A stretch of DNA of 64,000 bases, from assembly GCA_963708025.1 (NCBI GenBank), contig CAVPSB010000016.1, forward strand, positions 64,001 through 128,000, read 5' to 3'. The translations under genes and the position numbers were made by a program. The notes under the pieces were generated by a model, which was not told the origin of the DNA, made no database searches, and worked only from the letters and a program-made list of their open reading frames with translations. Positions 36,199-46,109 of this stretch are shown piece after piece. This DNA comes from an uncultured Candidatus Rokubacteria bacterium (GTDB lineage: Bacteria; Methylomirabilota; Methylomirabilia; Rokubacteriales; DASRDR01). Position 1 is the first letter of the stretch. Every line of letters starts with the position of its first letter.

Positions 36199-38304
36199 TC
36201 AGGACGTCGTGGCCCGGGCCAGGTGCTGCCAGGCGTCGCGCGCCGACGCCTCCGCGCGCTCGACTTCCACCTGCGTCGAGTGGAAGGCTGGCCCGCCGCC
36301 CATGTCCGCCACCTTGTCGGAGGTCAGCACGTTGACCCCCCGGCCGCCCGGCATGAACTTGTGCCACCAGATGCCCTCGACCACCACCTGGCCGGGCGGG
36401 GTGTCGTCGCTCAGGACTGCGGTGAAGAGCGCTCGCCCGCGGTCGTTCCTGACGGCCACCAGGTCGCCCGAGCTGACGGCCCGGGCCGCGGCATCGTCGG
36501 GGTGGACGAAGACCACCGGACCCGCCTGACGCGTTCTCAAGAGCGCCGACTGGCTGAACGACGAGTTCAGGAAGAAGCGGTTCGGCGGCACGTGACAGCG
36601 GAGCGGATACCGCCGGCCGACCTCCGGCTCGTCCGCGCTCTCGGTCAGGGGGACGTACGTCGGGAGCGGGGGCAGTCCCTGGCTCGCCAGCGTCTCCGAG
36701 TACAGCTCGACCTTGCCCGAGGGCGTGGGGGCTCCGTCGGCGAACGGCATGAAGGGCCGCGGCAGGGCCAGGCGGACGGTGTGCTCGGCGCGGAGCCGCT
36801 CGTAGCTGATGCCCTCCGCCGGCGGCCCGCATGCCGCCAGATAGTCACGGATCAGGTCGGCGTCCCCCCGGGCGTAGTGGCCGTCCGCGCCGACGCCGAG
36901 GGCCCGGGCCAGCAGGGCAAAGACCTCCCGGTTCGGCCGGGCCCCGCCGAGCGGCGCGATGACGGGCTCGGCGAGCTGGAAGTAGAGATGGCCGAAGGAG
37001 CGGTAGAGGTCCGCGTGCTCCATGCTGGTCGTGGCCGGGAGCAGGATGTCCGCGTAGTCGGCGGTGTCGGTCTGGACCTGCTCGTGGACCACCGTGAAGA
37101 GGTCGTCCCGGGCCAGCCCCTGGAGGACCAGCTCGGCGTTCGGGCACACGGCGGCCGGGTTCGAGTTGTAGACGTAGAGCGCCATGACCGGCGGGCGAAG
37201 CGCCGGGTCCGTCAGCGCCCGGCCCAGGTGGATCATGTTGATCGTGCGGGGCGGCGGATCGGGCAGGAGGTCGCGGCGCTCGAGGACGGCGTCGCCCGGC
37301 CCGAAGGCGCCCGAACTGGCCAGCAGCGCGCCTCCCCCCGGATGGGCGTAGGCCCCAGTCAGGGCCGGCAGACAGGCGATCGCCCGACAAGTCATCCCGC
37401 CGTTCTCGTGCCGGGAAAGTCCGATGCCGACGCGGATGAACGCCGCCCGCGTGCCTCCGTAGCGCCGGGCGAGGCCGACGATGGCCGCCGCCGGCAGCCC
37501 GGTGATCTCGGCGACGCGCACCGGCGGATAGGCCCGCACGTGGGCGCGGAGCGCCTCGAAGCCGGTCGTCGCCCGGGCGAGGTAGCCGTGGTCGAGGAGG
37601 TCCTCCTCGACGAGGATGTGCATGAGCCCGAGGGCCAGCGCTCCGTCGGTGCCGGAGCGGATCATCAGGTGCTCGTCGGCCTGCCGGGCGGTGCGGGTCC
37701 GATAGGGATCGATGCAGATCACGCGGGCGCCGCGGGCCCGGGCCTGCTTGACGAGTGTCATCAGGTTGATGTGGGTGTAGGCGGCGTTGATGCCCCACAG
37801 GACGATCAGCTCGGCGTCCACCATCTGCTCGGCATCGTTGCCGGCCACGGTCCCGACCGTCGCCCTCCAGCCGGCGTACGCCGTCGAGACGCAGATCGTG
37901 CGGTCGAGCTGGCTGGCACCGAGGGCATGGAAGAGCGGATGGCCCGCGTAGTACTGGAGGCGTCCGAGCGTGCCCGCGTACGAGTAGGGCAGGATCGCCT
38001 CCGGCCCCCACTGGGCCATCACGCGGGTGAAGCGATGCACGATCTCCTCGATCGCGTCGTCCCACGAGATGCACTCGAATTCGCCGGCCCCCTTCGCTCC
38101 CACCCGGCGCATCGGGTGGAGGACGCGGAGCGGCGAGTAGACGCGCTCGGTGTAGTCGTGGACCTTGCCGCAGATCACGCCCTGCGTGAAGGGGTGATCG
38201 GGGTCGCCCACCACGTCGAGGAGCCGGCCGTCCTCGACGGAGACGGACAGGCTGCACGCCGACGGGCAATCGTGGGGACAGACCGAATGGTGGGTCGTTC
38301 TCAC
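36199..38304 (-). CDS. Molybdopterin oxidoreductase with N-terminal Fe-S cluster
   Basis: CPHDCPSAC...CGK, PYSYAGT, RTIC, YNSNPA, TDTADYADILLPA, FLNSSF. Confidence 0.93.
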   Translation of the reverse strand: MRTTHHSVCPHDCPSACSLSVSVEDGRLLDVVGDPDHPFTQGVICGKVHDYTERVYSPLRVLHPMRRVGAKGAGEFECISWDDAIEEIVHRFTRVMAQWGPEAILPYSYAGTLGRLQYYAGHPLFHALGASQLDRTICVSTAYAGWRATVGTVAGNDAEQMVDAELIVLWGINAAYTHINLMTLVKQARARGARVICIDPYRTRTARQADEHLMIRSGTDGALALGLMHILVEEDLLDHGYLARATTGFEALRAHVRAYPPVRVAEITGLPAAAIVGLARRYGGTRAAFIRVGIGLSRHENGGMTCRAIACLPALTGAYAHPGGGALLASSGAFGPGDAVLERRDLLPDPPPRTINMIHLGRALTDPALRPPVMALYVYNSNPAAVCPNAELVLQGLARDDLFTVVHEQVQTDTADYADILLPATTSMEHADLYRSFGHLYFQLAEPVIAPLGGARPNREVFALLARALGVGADGHYARGDADLIRDYLAACGPPAEGISYERLRAEHTVRLALPRPFMPFADGAPTPSGKVELYSETLASQGLPPLPTYVPLTESADEPEVGRRYPLRCHVPPNRFFLNSSFSQSALLRTRQAGPVVFVHPDDAAARAVSSGDLVAVRNDRGRALFTAVLSDDTPPGQVVVEGIWWHKFMPGGRGVNVLTSDKVADMGGGPAFHSTQVEVERAEASARDAWQHLARATTS

Positions 38305-38308
38305 GCGG

Positions 38309-41300
38309 TCAAGGTACCACGGGGGAGGCGGCCGCCGGGAGCGTGGACCGGGTGGCGCGGATCCGGTCGAGGAGGAGCGAGGGCGACTCCGCGAGGGCCG
38401 CCGCCTGGTCCAGACACTCCCGCGCCGGCCCCCAGCGCCGCCGCGCCAGGAGCAGGAGCGCCTGATCGTGAAGGGCGCGGGCCTGGATGGCGGAGAGTCC
38501 CAGCTCCCGCGCGGCCCGCACGGCCACTTCCAGGTGCCGGCGCGCCCGGCGGGCCGCGCACGGCAGCGCCGCGACGATGAACCCGAGGTTCTTCACGACG
38601 ACCGACCAGGACGGACTTTCGCTCCTCAGCGCGAGGTGGAGGTAGATCTCGCCCAGGACCAGGTGCCCGAGGGCGGGCCCCCGGGCGTAGCCCCACTCCT
38701 CGAACCGTTGCATGGCCGCCTGGATCGCCCGGAGCCCGTCGGCCATCCGCCCGGTGACGATCATGGCCACGCCGAAGGGCAGGTCGAACCACCCGAGGAG
38801 CACGGTGCCCCCGCCCGTCTCCAGCTCGTGCCGGGCCTCGGCGACCATCTCGACGCCGGCGGGATTCCGGCTACCCAGGGCCAGCGCGAGTCCCTTGTTG
38901 GCCCCGGCGCAGAGCCGGTCCAGCGGGTCGGGCGAGATCGCCAGGGATTCCTCCGCATACCGGACGGCGTCGTCGTAGCGCTCATCGTAGATCGCGACCA
39001 TGCCGAGCGCATTCAGCCCCATGCCGATCGTGCGCGGATCGCCGGTCTCCCGGCCGAGCTGGATGATCCGCTCGGCGAACGCCCGGCCAGCCGTGTACCG
39101 GCCGCTGGACACCGCGTGCTGCCAAAACCCGAGCAGGCACTTCGAGGCCAGGTAGACGTCGCCGCCGGCCTCGGCGATGGCGAGCCCGCGCGCGGCGAGC
39201 CGCTCGACGATCTCCGGCGGGCGGTCGCCGATCTTGAGGCCGTACAGGTAGGTGAGCCCCATGCACGCGTAGCCGACGCACTCGCGATCGTCGAGCGCCT
39301 CGCCCAGCGCCAGCGCCCGGTCGAGGAGCGGCCGCGCCGCCTCCGCCCGGGCGCCGAAGATGTGGGCGAAGCCCAGCCAGAAGAGGAGCAGTGAGAGCGC
39401 GCGCGTCTGGCCGGCGGCTTCCACCGCCGGGAGGTAGCGCTCGAGCGCCAGGAGCCCCGTGAAGTCCTTCCGGTAGTAGTGCGCGCGGGCCCACGCCAGG
39501 AGCACGTCGCCCAGGAAGGCGGCGTCGAGGGCGCCGGGGGCCGCGTCCACGAGGGCCAGGACGTCGCGGAAGCGCTGATGGGCCTCCTCGACCGAGTACA
39601 CTCGGAGGCTCTTCTCGCCCGCCAGCGCGGTGTAGCGCGCAGCCTTCTCCGTTTGGGCGGTGTGGCCGTAGTGGTAGGCCAGCACCTCGGCCCACTCGGC
39701 CAGCCGATCGGCGTGGAGTCGCTCGATCGCCTCCGCGACCCGCCGGTGCAGCTCCTCGCGCCGCGGCCGGAGGAGGCTCTCGTAGATCGCGTCCTGCACC
39801 AGCGCGTGCTTGAACCGGTACTCCTCGCCCCCGCCCGCCGCCGGGAAGACCAGCTCCTGCTCCTCCAGCGCCCGGAGCGGCCGGGCGAGCCCCTCGGGGG
39901 CGTCGGCCACCGCGCGCAGGAGCGCCGTCGGAAAGCGCCGACCGATGACCGAGGCCACCTGGAGGATGTGCCGCGGCGTCTCGGCCAGCCGATCGACCCG
40001 CGCCATGATGAGGTCCTGCAGGGTGGCGGGCATCCCGATCCGCGGGCCGTCGAGGCGCAGGGAGACGCCGTGCTCGGTCCGGGCGAGCCGCTCGCTCTCC
40101 AGCAGATAGCGAAGCATCTCCTCGGCGAAGAGGGGGTTCCCCTCGGTGGTGTCGACGATCAGCCGCGCCAGCTCTCCGGGAACGTCGGCCGACCCCAGCC
40201 GGTGGCGGACCAGATCGACGCAGCCCTCCTCCGACAGCGGCTCCAGGCCCAGCTCGAGGACGTTCGCCCGCCCCGTCCAGGGCGGCCGGTAGTCCGGACG
40301 GTAGGCGCACACCATCAGCAGCCGCATGGGCGCCTCGCTCTGGACGAGGCGCATGATGAGCTGCTCCGAGGCACGGTCGATCCAGTGGAGGTCCTCCACG
40401 ATCAGCACCGTCGGGGCCCGGCGGCACTGGGCGTCGATCCAGGCGGCGAGGGCCTCCCGCGTCCGCGCCCCGACGATCTCGCCATCCAGCCCGCGGAGCG
40501 TGTCGCTCGCCACCTCCAGGCCCACCAGCGTCCCCAGGAAGGGCAGCGTCTCCTCGACCTTCAGGCCCAGCTCGCCGAGACCCGCCGCCAGCTTCTGCCG
40601 GGCCTCGGCCGGGTCGTCGCCCTCGGCGAGGGCGAACGCGCCGCGGATCGTCTCGATGAACGGCAGGAACGCCGTGGTGCGCCCGTACGGCGAGCAATGG
40701 CCCTGCAGGACCACCGCGGCGACCGGCAGTCGCCGGCGCAGCTCGTAGACCACGCGGGACTTGCCGATGCCGGCCTCCCCGAGCACGTCGGCCACCCGCG
40801 AGCCGCCCCGCTGGGCGTCCCGGTAGCACGCCTCGAGGATGTCGAGCTCCCGCTCCCGCCCGACCAGCCGCGTCAGGCCCTGCTGGAGCGAGAGCTGGAA
40901 GCGGCTGGCGGTCCGGGTGCCGTCCAGCCGGTAGACCGGCTGCGGCACCGCCTTGCCCCGGACCGCCCACTCGCCGACGAACCGGCCCTCCACCGCCCCC
41001 TCGGTCTGCCGGTGGGTCGCCTCGCTCATCACGATGGTCCCCGGCTCGGCGAGCTGCTGGAGGCGCGCCGCCAGGTTCGTGGTGTCCCCGATCGCCGTGT
41101 AGTCCATCCGGAGGTTGTCGCCGATCTTCCCCACGACGACGCCGCCGGTGTTCAGCCCCATGCGGACCGCCAGCGCGGTCCCGGGGGGGAGGCCCGCCTC
41201 GCCGCGCACCGTGGCCAGCGCCCGGCGGATCCCGACCGCGGCCAGCGCCGCGCGCCGGGCGTGGTCCTCGTGGGCCAGCGGGGCGCCGAACAGCGCCATG

Positions 41301-41728
41301 AAGCCGTCGCCGAGGAACTGGTTGACCGTGCCCTCGTACCGGTGCACCTCGACCAGCACCGCCTCGAAGAACCGGTTCAGGAACGCGTGCATCGCCTCGG
41401 CTCCGAGCCGCTCGGCCAGCGCGGTCGAGTTGGCGATGTCGCAGAAGAGGACCGTCACCTGCTTGCGCTGGCCCTCGAGGGCGGGGCCGTCCGCCACGAT
41501 CCGCTCGGCCAGATGCCGCGGGGTGTAGCTCGCGGGCGCGTCCAGGTGGGCGGGGGCCGGGCCGCCGGTCGGGGTGCGGCCGAGGGGAAGGCCGCAGGCG
41601 TCGCAGAAGTTGCTGCCGGGCGCCACCGGCACCTCGCAGCGAGGGCAGCGTCCCGTGAGCTGGCGCCCGCAGTCACGGCAGAACTGGGCGCCGTCGCGAT
41701 TCTCCGCGTGGCACTCGGGACAGTCCAT
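38309..41728 (-). CDS. Adenylate/guanylate cyclase with double zinc ribbon, AAA ATPase and TPR-like tail
   Basis: Four CxxC, VTVLFCD, FLGDGFMALFG, GDTTNLAARL, GEAGIGKS, EDLHWID, GNPLFAEE. Confidence 0.95.
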   Translation of the reverse strand: MDCPECHAENRDGAQFCRDCGRQLTGRCPRCEVPVAPGSNFCDACGLPLGRTPTGGPAPAHLDAPASYTPRHLAERIVADGPALEGQRKQVTVLFCDIANSTALAERLGAEAMHAFLNRFFEAVLVEVHRYEGTVNQFLGDGFMALFGAPLAHEDHARRAALAAVGIRRALATVRGEAGLPPGTALAVRMGLNTGGVVVGKIGDNLRMDYTAIGDTTNLAARLQQLAEPGTIVMSEATHRQTEGAVEGRFVGEWAVRGKAVPQPVYRLDGTRTASRFQLSLQQGLTRLVGRERELDILEACYRDAQRGGSRVADVLGEAGIGKSRVVYELRRRLPVAAVVLQGHCSPYGRTTAFLPFIETIRGAFALAEGDDPAEARQKLAAGLGELGLKVEETLPFLGTLVGLEVASDTLRGLDGEIVGARTREALAAWIDAQCRRAPTVLIVEDLHWIDRASEQLIMRLVQSEAPMRLLMVCAYRPDYRPPWTGRANVLELGLEPLSEEGCVDLVRHRLGSADVPGELARLIVDTTEGNPLFAEEMLRYLLESERLARTEHGVSLRLDGPRIGMPATLQDLIMARVDRLAETPRHILQVASVIGRRFPTALLRAVADAPEGLARPLRALEEQELVFPAAGGGEEYRFKHALVQDAIYESLLRPRREELHRRVAEAIERLHADRLAEWAEVLAYHYGHTAQTEKAARYTALAGEKSLRVYSVEEAHQRFRDVLALVDAAPGALDAAFLGDVLLAWARAHYYRKDFTGLLALERYLPAVEAAGQTRALSLLLFWLGFAHIFGARAEAARPLLDRALALGEALDDRECVGYACMGLTYLYGLKIGDRPPEIVERLAARGLAIAEAGGDVYLASKCLLGFWQHAVSSGRYTAGRAFAERIIQLGRETGDPRTIGMGLNALGMVAIYDERYDDAVRYAEESLAISPDPLDRLCAGANKGLALALGSRNPAGVEMVAEARHELETGGGTVLLGWFDLPFGVAMIVTGRMADGLRAIQAAMQRFEEWGYARGPALGHLVLGEIYLHLALRSESPSWSVVVKNLGFIVAALPCAARRARRHLEVAVRAARELGLSAIQARALHDQALLLLARRRWGPARECLDQAAALAESPSLLLDRIRATRSTLPAAASPVVP

Positions 41729-41913
41729 GCCGGCTCCTCCGGGGGCGGGCGCCGCGCCGCCCGCCGCCTATGCTACACCCTCCGAACCCCGCTCCTCGCC
41801 GCCTGGGCGTGCGCCGTGCGGCCCGAATCGTGACACGGTGACACGATCATACACGCGGTGTACCATTTCGGCGCCGGGTGGCCCGGTCGAGCGCCCGAGC
41901 CAGGAGGGCCAGT

Positions 41914-42234
41914 ATGTTCTTCGAGCTCCGGCAGTACCAGGTTCGCCCAGGACAGCGCGACGCCTGGGTCAAGTGCATGGAAGAGGAGATCATCCCGTTC
42001 CAGGTGAAAATGGGCATGGTGATCGTCGGCAGCTTCGCCGGCGAGGAGGACGAGAGCGTCTACGTCTGGATTCGTCGATTCGAGAACGAGCAGGAGCGCA
42101 AGCGCCTCTACGACGCCGTGTACCAGAGCGACTACTGGAAAAACGAGATCGCTCCCAGGGTCCCGCTCTTGATCGACCGCGAGCAGATCAAGGTCACTCG
42201 CCTGGTAGCGACGCCTCGCTCGGTCATCCAGTAA
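41914..42234 (+). CDS. NIPSNAP family protein
   Basis: MFFELRQY, VWIRRF, YQSDYW; RBS AGGAGG. Confidence 0.85.
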   Translation: MFFELRQYQVRPGQRDAWVKCMEEEIIPFQVKMGMVIVGSFAGEEDESVYVWIRRFENEQERKRLYDAVYQSDYWKNEIAPRVPLLIDREQIKVTRLVATPRSVIQ

Positions 42235-42529
42235 GGCGCCGGCCGCTCCCCGACGTCAACAGTCTGGCCATACCTCGACCCGCATCCCCGGGAGCTCCCG
42301 GCTCGTCTTCGGGCGGATGCTGCGCGGCATCGCGGACCGGGTGAGGCGCCGGACGGGATCGCGATGCGCGTCCTGATCGCCGGCTGCGGCGTCCGTCGTG
42401 GTACAACAGGTCGAGGTCGTAGTGCGGCGTCTTCTCGTGGGCGGTCGAGGCGTACAAGGCGAGCGCGAGCAGCATGGAGTCTCCTTCGGGAGGCGGCGCA
42501 CGTTATCCTGGAAACCCCGGAGCACTACC

Positions 42530-43897
42530 ATGTCATCCCCCACCGAAGCCCCGCGCCCCAAGGCCGTGCTCGTCGGCGTGCAACTTCCAGGCGTCACCGA
42601 CGCGGAACAGCGGTCGTCGCTGAAGGAGCTCAAGCGCCTGTGCGAGACGCTCGGCTTCGAGGTCGTCGGCGAGGTGACGCAGAAGCGCAAGGGCCTCGGC
42701 GCTGCCACGCTGCTCGGCGAGGGCAAGCTGGTGGAGCTGGCCGCCTGGACCGGCGGCACGGGCGTCGTCCCCAAGGGACCCCCCGGCAAGAAGAAAGCGA
42801 CCGAAGAAGACGAAGAGGAGGACGAGACCGAACCGCTGCACCTCGACGCGCCGCCCGCGCCCACCGGGGAGCCGCGCGCCACCGTCGTCGTCATCGACCA
42901 CGAGCTGTCGCCTCGCCAGCTCCGCCACATCGAGGGCGCGACCTCGGCCGCGGCGGTCCTGGATCGCACGGGCGTGATCATCGAGATCTTCCACCGGCAC
43001 GCGTCGAGCCGACCGGCGCGGCTGCAGGTCGAGATCGCGCGGCTCACCTATGTGGCCCCCCGGTTGCGCGAGACCGGCGGCGGCGAGCGCCAGCGCGGCG
43101 GCATCGGGCTGAGGGGCGCGGGGGAGTCCTCCGTGGAGCTCGATCGCCGCAAGATCCGCGACCGCATCTCCGAGCTCAAGGCGGAGCTGGCCGCCATCGA
43201 AGACGAGTCGAAGACGCGACGGGCGAGGCGTCAGGAGGCGCTGCGCGTCGCGCTGGTCGGGTACACCAACGCGGGCAAGTCGTCGCTGATGCGCGCGCTC
43301 ACCGGCTCGCACGTGCTCGTCGCCGACAAGCTGTTCGCGACCCTCGACACCACCGTCCGTGCGCTGTGGCCCGAGACTCGGCCGCGCATCTTGGTTTCGG
43401 ACACGGTTGGTTTCATCAAGAAGCTCCCGCACGACCTCGTCGCCAGCTTCCGCTCGACGCTCGACGAGGCGCTCGAAGCGTCACTGCTGCTGCAGATCGT
43501 CGATGCGGCCGACCCGGTCTTCCGCGCCCAGATGCAGGTCACCCGCGAGGTGCTGGACGAGATCGGCGCCGGCGACGTGCCGTGGATCCTCGTCCTCAAC
43601 AAGATCGACAAGGTCGCCCAGACCGATCGGGAGGAGCTGTTGAAGGAGTTCCCGGCCGCGCTGCTCGTCTCGGCCAAGGACCCGGCGGACGTCGGGCGCG
43701 TGCGGGACGCGATCATCGGGGCCTTCGAGGCGGACATGACCGAGGTCGAGCTCGTCGTCCCGTACGACGCGGGCAGCGCGATCGGCGAGATCCACAAGGT
43801 CCACGTGATCTCGGAGTCCTACGAAGGGGACGGCGTGCACTACCGAGTGAGGGCCCCCGAGGCCGCGATCGAGCGGATACGGGCGATGCTGCGCTAG
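42530..43897 (+). CDS. hflX: GTPase HflX
   Basis: LDRTGVIIEIF, LQVEIARL, GAGES..ELDRR, GYTNAGKS, LFATLDT, DTVGFI, NKID. Confidence 0.95.
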   Translation: MSSPTEAPRPKAVLVGVQLPGVTDAEQRSSLKELKRLCETLGFEVVGEVTQKRKGLGAATLLGEGKLVELAAWTGGTGVVPKGPPGKKKATEEDEEEDETEPLHLDAPPAPTGEPRATVVVIDHELSPRQLRHIEGATSAAAVLDRTGVIIEIFHRHASSRPARLQVEIARLTYVAPRLRETGGGERQRGGIGLRGAGESSVELDRRKIRDRISELKAELAAIEDESKTRRARRQEALRVALVGYTNAGKSSLMRALTGSHVLVADKLFATLDTTVRALWPETRPRILVSDTVGFIKKLPHDLVASFRSTLDEALEASLLLQIVDAADPVFRAQMQVTREVLDEIGAGDVPWILVLNKIDKVAQTDREELLKEFPAALLVSAKDPADVGRVRDAIIGAFEADMTEVELVVPYDAGSAIGEIHKVHVISESYEGDGVHYRVRAPEAAIERIRAMLR

Positions 43898-43913
43898 AGG
43901 GCGCGGTCGAAGC

Positions 43914-44183
43914 TCATCGGGGTGCTCCAGAGGATCTGCCCGAAGGCTCTTTGGATGCTGGCTCCCGCTCGCTTTCCCGCAGCAGCTGTAACAGCTCGCC
44001 TACGCGGCGAAGCTCTTCGCTGGCACGCGTGAGGGCAGAGGCCGCGGCATCCAGCAGGGTTTTCACCGAATCCTCATGCGCCGCGGCGAGACTCGGCGCC
44101 TGTCCTTCGCCAAACCCCGTCCTGTCCCAATAGTCGGCCGGGGCCTCCTGCCCGATGGGGATTCGAACCTGTGCTTTCCGCAT
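43914..44183 (-). CDS. Hypothetical protein or remnant, lower GC
   Basis: 89-aa ORF with atypical composition; stop supplied by a family A repeat fragment. Confidence 0.3.
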   Translation of the reverse strand: MRKAQVRIPIGQEAPADYWDRTGFGEGQAPSLAAAHEDSVKTLLDAAASALTRASEELRRVGELLQLLRESEREPASKEPSGRSSGAPR

Positions 44184-44236
44184 TGACGAGCGCCAGTCGG
44201 CGGCCCTTTCGATCAGTAAGTCCGCTCCCGCTGGCC

Positions 44237-44560
44237 TCAGCGTTCGGGGGCGCGCTGGCGAAGCAGATGCGCGTGGCCCCGGCGCAGCCACTTGAGCGCG
44301 CCCGGCAGGTCCCCGGGCTCGACGATGTCGCACTCGATCCAGCCCCGGCCGGCGAAGCGGCGGTGGGGCCGGACGCCGGCGAAGGCCAGCGCCCGCTCCT
44401 GGTCGGCGCGTGACAGGCGCACCCAGAGGTCGTGGTCCTTGAGGCGCATCGGGTAGCAGCCGAACAGCTCGCCGCCGACGAAGTAGCCCCACCGGCCGAA
44501 CATCGGCGTGATCCGGACCCCCTCCCAGCCCTCCAGCACGTGGTTGAGGACGCCGGCCAT
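44237..44560 (-). CDS. TfoX-N / YjbR-like small protein
   Basis: PMFGRWGYFVGGELF, LWVRL, GWI, ALKWLRR. Confidence 0.6.
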   Translation of the reverse strand: MAGVLNHVLEGWEGVRITPMFGRWGYFVGGELFGCYPMRLKDHDLWVRLSRADQERALAFAGVRPHRRFAGRGWIECDIVEPGDLPGALKWLRRGHAHLLRQRAPER

Positions 44561-44657
44561 CCCCTCGCCCCCGCGCCGGATGGTCCGGCGATCGCGCCGG
44601 GGCCGCCCCGTTCCCCGCGGCGTCGGCACTCCGCCGCGCGCCGGACGTCTCACCGGG

Positions 44658-44741
44658 TCACCCGGGGACGATCCGGATCGCCGCCCAGAGGACGATGAGG
44701 ACCACGACCACCGGCGGAACGATCCCGACGACGCTCTCCAT
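44658..44741 (-). pseudogene. 27-aa stub resembling an SPFH/slipin N-terminus
   Basis: RBS GGGAGG; MESVVGIVPPVVVVLIVLWAAIRIVPG*. Confidence 0.45.
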
Positions 44742-44773
44742 GCGCTCCCCTCCCTGACTTGCGCCGGCGCGGC

Positions 44774-45139
44774 CTACGGGTAGATCTGCCGGTACGCCAG
44801 GCGGATCCGATCCCCGGCCCCGCCGAAGCGGCGGTCATAGTCCTCGGTCATGGCCCGCAGGGTGTCCGAGGCGACGAACGCGCGGAGAGACGCCTCGGAG
44901 TCGAACTCGTAGCACACCATGTACTGCCAGGGCTCGGCTCCGCCATGCGGGGTGTCGAGCGACAGCGCGACGTAGCGCCGCATGGCCAGGCAGCCGGGCA
45001 CCCGGGCGGCCTGTCGGGCGCGGACGGAATCGTACCACTCGTTGAAGGCCGCCTCGCGCTCCGGTGTGATCGTGGCCTTCACGACGAACAGCGCGGGCCG
45101 CGGGGCGGGCGCCCGGAGCTCAGCCGACACCGACCGCAC
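44774..45139 (-). CDS. DUF4286/EthD-like dimeric alpha-beta barrel protein
   Basis: EAAFNEWY, VPGCLAMRRY, YMVCYEFDS. Confidence 0.65.
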   Translation of the reverse strand: MRSVSAELRAPAPRPALFVVKATITPEREAAFNEWYDSVRARQAARVPGCLAMRRYVALSLDTPHGGAEPWQYMVCYEFDSEASLRAFVASDTLRAMTEDYDRRFGGAGDRIRLAYRQIYP

Positions 45140-46109
45140 TCCCGCGCGCCAGATCCAGCGCTGCGCGCTCGACGCGACCGACGTCGACCCCCTGCCAGGG
45201 ATCGGCCGCCGTCAACCCGCTGCCGCGCACGACCATCACCCGGGGGCCGACCGGAGCCCACACCGCCGGGTCGGTCGGCCCGAACAGGACCAGGCTGGCA
45301 CAGCCAACCCCGGCGGCGAGGTGGCTGAGGCCGGAGTCGTTGCCCACGAAGACGGCCGCTCGCTCGAAGAGCGCGGCGAGCTGACGGAGGGACAAGTCCC
45401 GCGCCACCCGGGCCTCGGGGAGACCGGCCGCCGCCGCCAGCCCCGCCACCCTCCCGGCCTCGGCCGGCCCCGTCACCACCACGACCGGCAACCCCAGGAT
45501 CGCGAGGCGGCGGGCCAGCGTCGGGAAGCCGGGCCACACCTTCGTCGGGCTTCCGGCGCCCGGGTGGAGCACCGCCACCGTCCCCGGCGCGAGGCCGCGC
45601 TCCTCGAGCCAGCCCGCGGCCCAGTCGCGCTCGCCGGCGCCGGCGGTCAGCCGGACGGGCGGCAGGGTCGCGGGAGGCGGACCGAGGGCGGCCAGCGTGT
45701 CGAGCAAGTGCCAGGCGGCGTGGCGGCCCAGCCCGGGGGGCGGCGTCGCGCGGGCGATGACGATCCGGCACCCGGGGCGCTCGCCGATCGCCCCGAGGTG
45801 CTCCCGGTACGCCGCGTCGCCGGCGCCGAGCCACGAGACGACCGCGTCGTAGCCGGCGAGCGGCTGGAGCGCGCTCGGGTCGGCCACGGCGGTGAACAGG
45901 CGGTGGAGCCCGAGCGCCTCCAGGTCGATGGTCTCCTCCACGTACGCCGACCCGTCGAGCAACGCCGCCAGCCGCGGCGCGACCGCCAGCACCCGGCGGG
46001 CGCCCGGGGCCAGCCGGGCAAGGTGGGCCAGCGCCGGGAGCGCCAGCAGAACGTCGCCGAGCGCGCCGGGATGGATGACCAGCGCGCGAGCCGTCCCCGT
46101 CGCCGTCAC
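45120..46109 (-). CDS. Glycosyltransferase family 9 (heptosyltransferase-like)
   Basis: GALGDVLL, HPGAGS..KVW, GNDSGLSHLA, LFGPTDP..W. Confidence 0.9.
   Translation of the reverse strand: MTATGTARALVIHPGALGDVLLALPALAHLARLAPGARRVLAVAPRLAALLDGSAYVEETIDLEALGLHRLFTAVADPSALQPLAGYDAVVSWLGAGDAAYREHLGAIGERPGCRIVIARATPPPGLGRHAAWHLLDTLAALGPPPATLPPVRLTAGAGERDWAAGWLEERGLAPGTVAVLHPGAGSPTKVWPGFPTLARRLAILGLPVVVVTGPAEAGRVAGLAAAAGLPEARVARDLSLRQLAALFERAAVFVGNDSGLSHLAAGVGCASLVLFGPTDPAVWAPVGPRVMVVRGSGLTAADPWQGVDVGRVERAALDLARGSAVGVG

Noticed and set aside
38309-41728. Cyclase-ATPase-TPR protein as a novel defence system
   Set aside because: Common known architecture with no defence context
42224-42475. 83-aa ORF divergent from hflX with an AAGGAG RBS
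   Set aside because: No recognisable family and a low-complexity tail; cannot support a call, though a small gene is not excluded
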